From the IMG/VR virus record IMGVR_UViG_3300034102_002954, positions 1 to 35,783 of that record: DNA of 35,783 nt, one strand, 5' to 3'. This DNA is from a virus (lineage: Duplodnaviria; Caudoviricetes). The position numbers were made by a program, and so were the translations under genes. Within the stretch, counting starts at the first letter, position 1. Every line of letters begins with the position of its first letter. Shown piece after piece: positions 33,737 to 35,783 of this stretch. The notes beneath the pieces are model-generated. The model worked only from the letters and a program-made list of their open reading frames with translations. It had not been told where the DNA came from and did no database searches.

Positions 33737-35783
33737 TAAACTATTCCAACACAGTCTACAACTTTTACTATTTTATCTGGGGTAAGATCTGATGGTAAAG
33801 ATCCAACCATATCATCACCTACTCTATTTACACAGAATACTGGATTGAGTTGAGCATTATATCCAGTTTCACTCTTCACATATATCTGTGGTCTTTCAGT
33901 AAATCCTATTCCAGTAGATAAGATGTTGACCTTTTCCAAAACACCAAAAGGACCCCACACTGGTTCAAGAATGGCACCATTAACATTAGGTTCAATAATA
34001 ATTTTATCCGTTGGGGAATAATTTATACCTGCCCTAACTACATCAATACCACAAAGATAAAGAAAAACTGGATATTCTCCTATAGTACTACTAGGGAATT
34101 TACGGATAACACCATCACCTTCATCACCTACAGCACCACCACCACCAGTTAAAACATTTATTCCACTTCTATCATCTGGTGTACTGACTAAATCACCATC
34201 AGTTAAGTATAATATTTCATCACCAACATTATATGGTTCATCATAAGTACCATCAGATCTTCTCACAATTATTTGATCTGAAGTAGCCCAAATTCTTCCA
34301 TCACCACCCAAGTCTCCATCAGGAGAACTTATATAATCAAAACCAGATTCTTCAACAATTACTGCAATAACACCAAAAGTTCCGTCACTCGTTGATGTAG
34401 TTCCGATCCCAGTGCCTGTACCAGTGCCAGTGCCAGTTCCCGTACCTGTACCAGTTCCAGTGCCAGTGCCTGTACCAGTTCCACCACCATCACCAGTCCC
34501 ATCATTTCCACCACCAGAAGGAGTACCAATAACAGCTCTTACAACAGCACCTTTACCTTTACCACAATCATCAACTATATTTACAAAAGGTGCTTTCGTG
34601 TATCCAGATCCAGGAGTAATAACATCAACCCCCATAATTTCACCAGCAGCACTTACAATTGCATTTGCTGTAGCACCTTTTCCTCCACCACCAAAAAATT
34701 CAACCCTTGGTGGTCCACATAAAACTGGACCAGTAAAACAACTATTAACACCACTAGAAAGTTGTGAGAACAAACCACTAAAATCAAAATTAAAATTATC
34801 AGGATCTACAACATTTTGAACACTAGCAGCAATGTTTTTTGCTTCGTTAAATATAGATTGAAGATCAAAAGTTACTGAAGGTCTACCACCATCCCAAAGA
34901 TTCCATTGTGTCGTTTCTGGACAATCATTTTGATCATCACAAGAGAAAAATCCAAGAATTTTTGTTATTAGTCCAAGAATACCATCAGCAACGCTGATAA
35001 CACTACCAACTAATGATGATATAGAACTTAATATATTATCAATTGCACCACCCAAAAATCCAAATAGATTTCCCAATAATGATGACATAATGTTCTCAAC
35101 TACACATTGAGGTACATTAACAAATTTACCAACAGCGTTTTTTAATAATCCTAAAACTATTCCCAATAGTCCATTTATAAGTTTATTAAAGAGACATGTT
35201 ATTAACTCAACTACTTTATCTTGGGCAGTCTTTGCTTTATCTCTATCAGAAGGATTAATTAAATAATATAATTTTTTAATTTTATCCTGAACAAATTCCA
35301 TTACATATTTTCTAATGGTTTCTATTAACCACCTTAGACCTTCTGCAACTTTCTTTGCTGCTTGCTCAATCAAATTATTAATGTAAGCTTGTTTATCAGC
35401 AATCCATTTTTGAGCAGCATTTTTCCAAGTAGATAATTGCCTTCGTACCTTTTCAATTTTTTGGATTAAAGATCTTATAGTTAATTGTATTTCAGATAAT
35501 GGAGTTGTTGTACATGGTTTAGGAGAATCTATACCAAAGGTATATTCTTCCATTTTACCAGCATCAGACTGGTTCCAAAAATTTCCAAAAGCAATACCTT
35601 CTAATGGATTACCTTCTACCAGTGGTACAGAATATCCTGGAACAGTATCAGTATCACTAAATCCACTAAGAGGATCAAATCCACTTTCTTGTGTTTTTTT
35701 TAAATTAGTTTGTTCATTATTATATTTTACACCAAGTATTATAGGTGTTTTTTTAAGGGAAGGTACTGCCCAAATTCCCCACA
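33736..35783 (-). CDS. gp5-like baseplate hub/spike subunit (5' end lies outside the window)
   Basis: The frame stays open from 35553 to the window end (..WGIWAVPSLKKTPIILGVKYNNEQTNL.., like the end of a gp5 OB domain). It continues into a helical region, Cys-containing segments and GSGY/G.GA repeats typical of cyanophage gp5. Confidence 0.7.
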   Translation of the reverse strand, partial: WGIWAVPSLKKTPIILGVKYNNEQTNLKKTQESGFDPLSGFSDTDTVPGYSVPLVEGNPLEGIAFGNFWNQSDAGKMEEYTFGIDSPKPCTTTPLSEIQLTIRSLIQKIEKVRRQLSTWKNAAQKWIADKQAYINNLIEQAAKKVAEGLRWLIETIRKYVMEFVQDKIKKLYYLINPSDRDKAKTAQDKVVELITCLFNKLINGLLGIVLGLLKNAVGKFVNVPQCVVENIMSSLLGNLFGFLGGAIDNILSSISSLVGSVISVADGILGLITKILGFFSCDDQNDCPETTQWNLWDGGRPSVTFDLQSIFNEAKNIAASVQNVVDPDNFNFDFSGLFSQLSSGVNSCFTGPVLCGPPRVEFFGGGGKGATANAIVSAAGEIMGVDVITPGSGYTKAPFVNIVDDCGKGKGAVVRAVIGTPSGGGNDGTGDGGGTGTGTGTGTGTGTGTGTGTGTGTGIGTTSTSDGTFGVIAVIVEESGFDYISSPDGDLGGDGRIWATSDQIIVRRSDGTYDEPYNVGDEILYLTDGDLVSTPDDRSGINVLTGGGGAVGDEGDGVIRKFPSSTIGEYPVFLYLCGIDVVRAGINYSPTDKIIIEPNVNGAILEPVWGPFGVLEKVNILSTGIGFTERPQIYVKSETGYNAQLNPVFCVNRVGDDMVGSLPSDLTPDKIVKVVDCVGIV
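34411..34482 (-). repeat. (Gly-Thr)12 coding tandem repeat
   Basis: Twelve 6-nt GGN-ACN units with variable third positions. Confidence 0.9.

Noticed and set aside
34412-34819. 135-aa plus-strand ORF with (PV)n repeats
   Set aside because: It is the reverse-complement reading of the (GT)n linker in the gp5-like gene.
1-35783. Alternative genetic code or stop-codon recoding
   Set aside because: Standard-code ORFs tile the window densely, with TAA, TGA and TAG all used as stops; the apparent gaps are filled by short genes.

Overview
AT-rich segment of a T4-like cyanobacterial myovirus (Kyanoviridae-type), inferred from a cpeT/cpcT lyase gene, gp5- and gp9-like virion genes, NATAAATA late promoters, an RNA ligase 1 gene and two tRNAs. 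Nearly all genes are on the minus strand. The right half (21.0-35.8 kb) carries baseplate and tail-fibre genes, tRNA-Gly(TCC), tRNA-Thr(TGT), cpeT and a two-domain dioxygenase. The middle (11.4-21 kb) carries an SF2 helicase, five 2OG-Fe(II)/JmjC oxygenase genes, a radical SAM gene, a split RNA-repair module (ligase, kinase, phosphatase) and RlpA. The left 11.4 kb is a dense enzyme island resembling a biosynthetic or tailoring cluster. It contains a NodU/CmcH carbamoyltransferase (missed by the ORF track), eight P-loop/sulfotransferase-like genes (five of them paralogs, three sharing a near-identical 62-87 nt cassette), a di-iron ferritin-like enzyme with its own perfect sigma70 and late promoters, a SAM methyltransferase and two radical SAM enzymes. 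A candidate ~65-nt standalone small RNA with its own promoter and terminator lies upstream of the large tail-fibre gene. All functional calls come from motif recognition by eye; no database searches were run.
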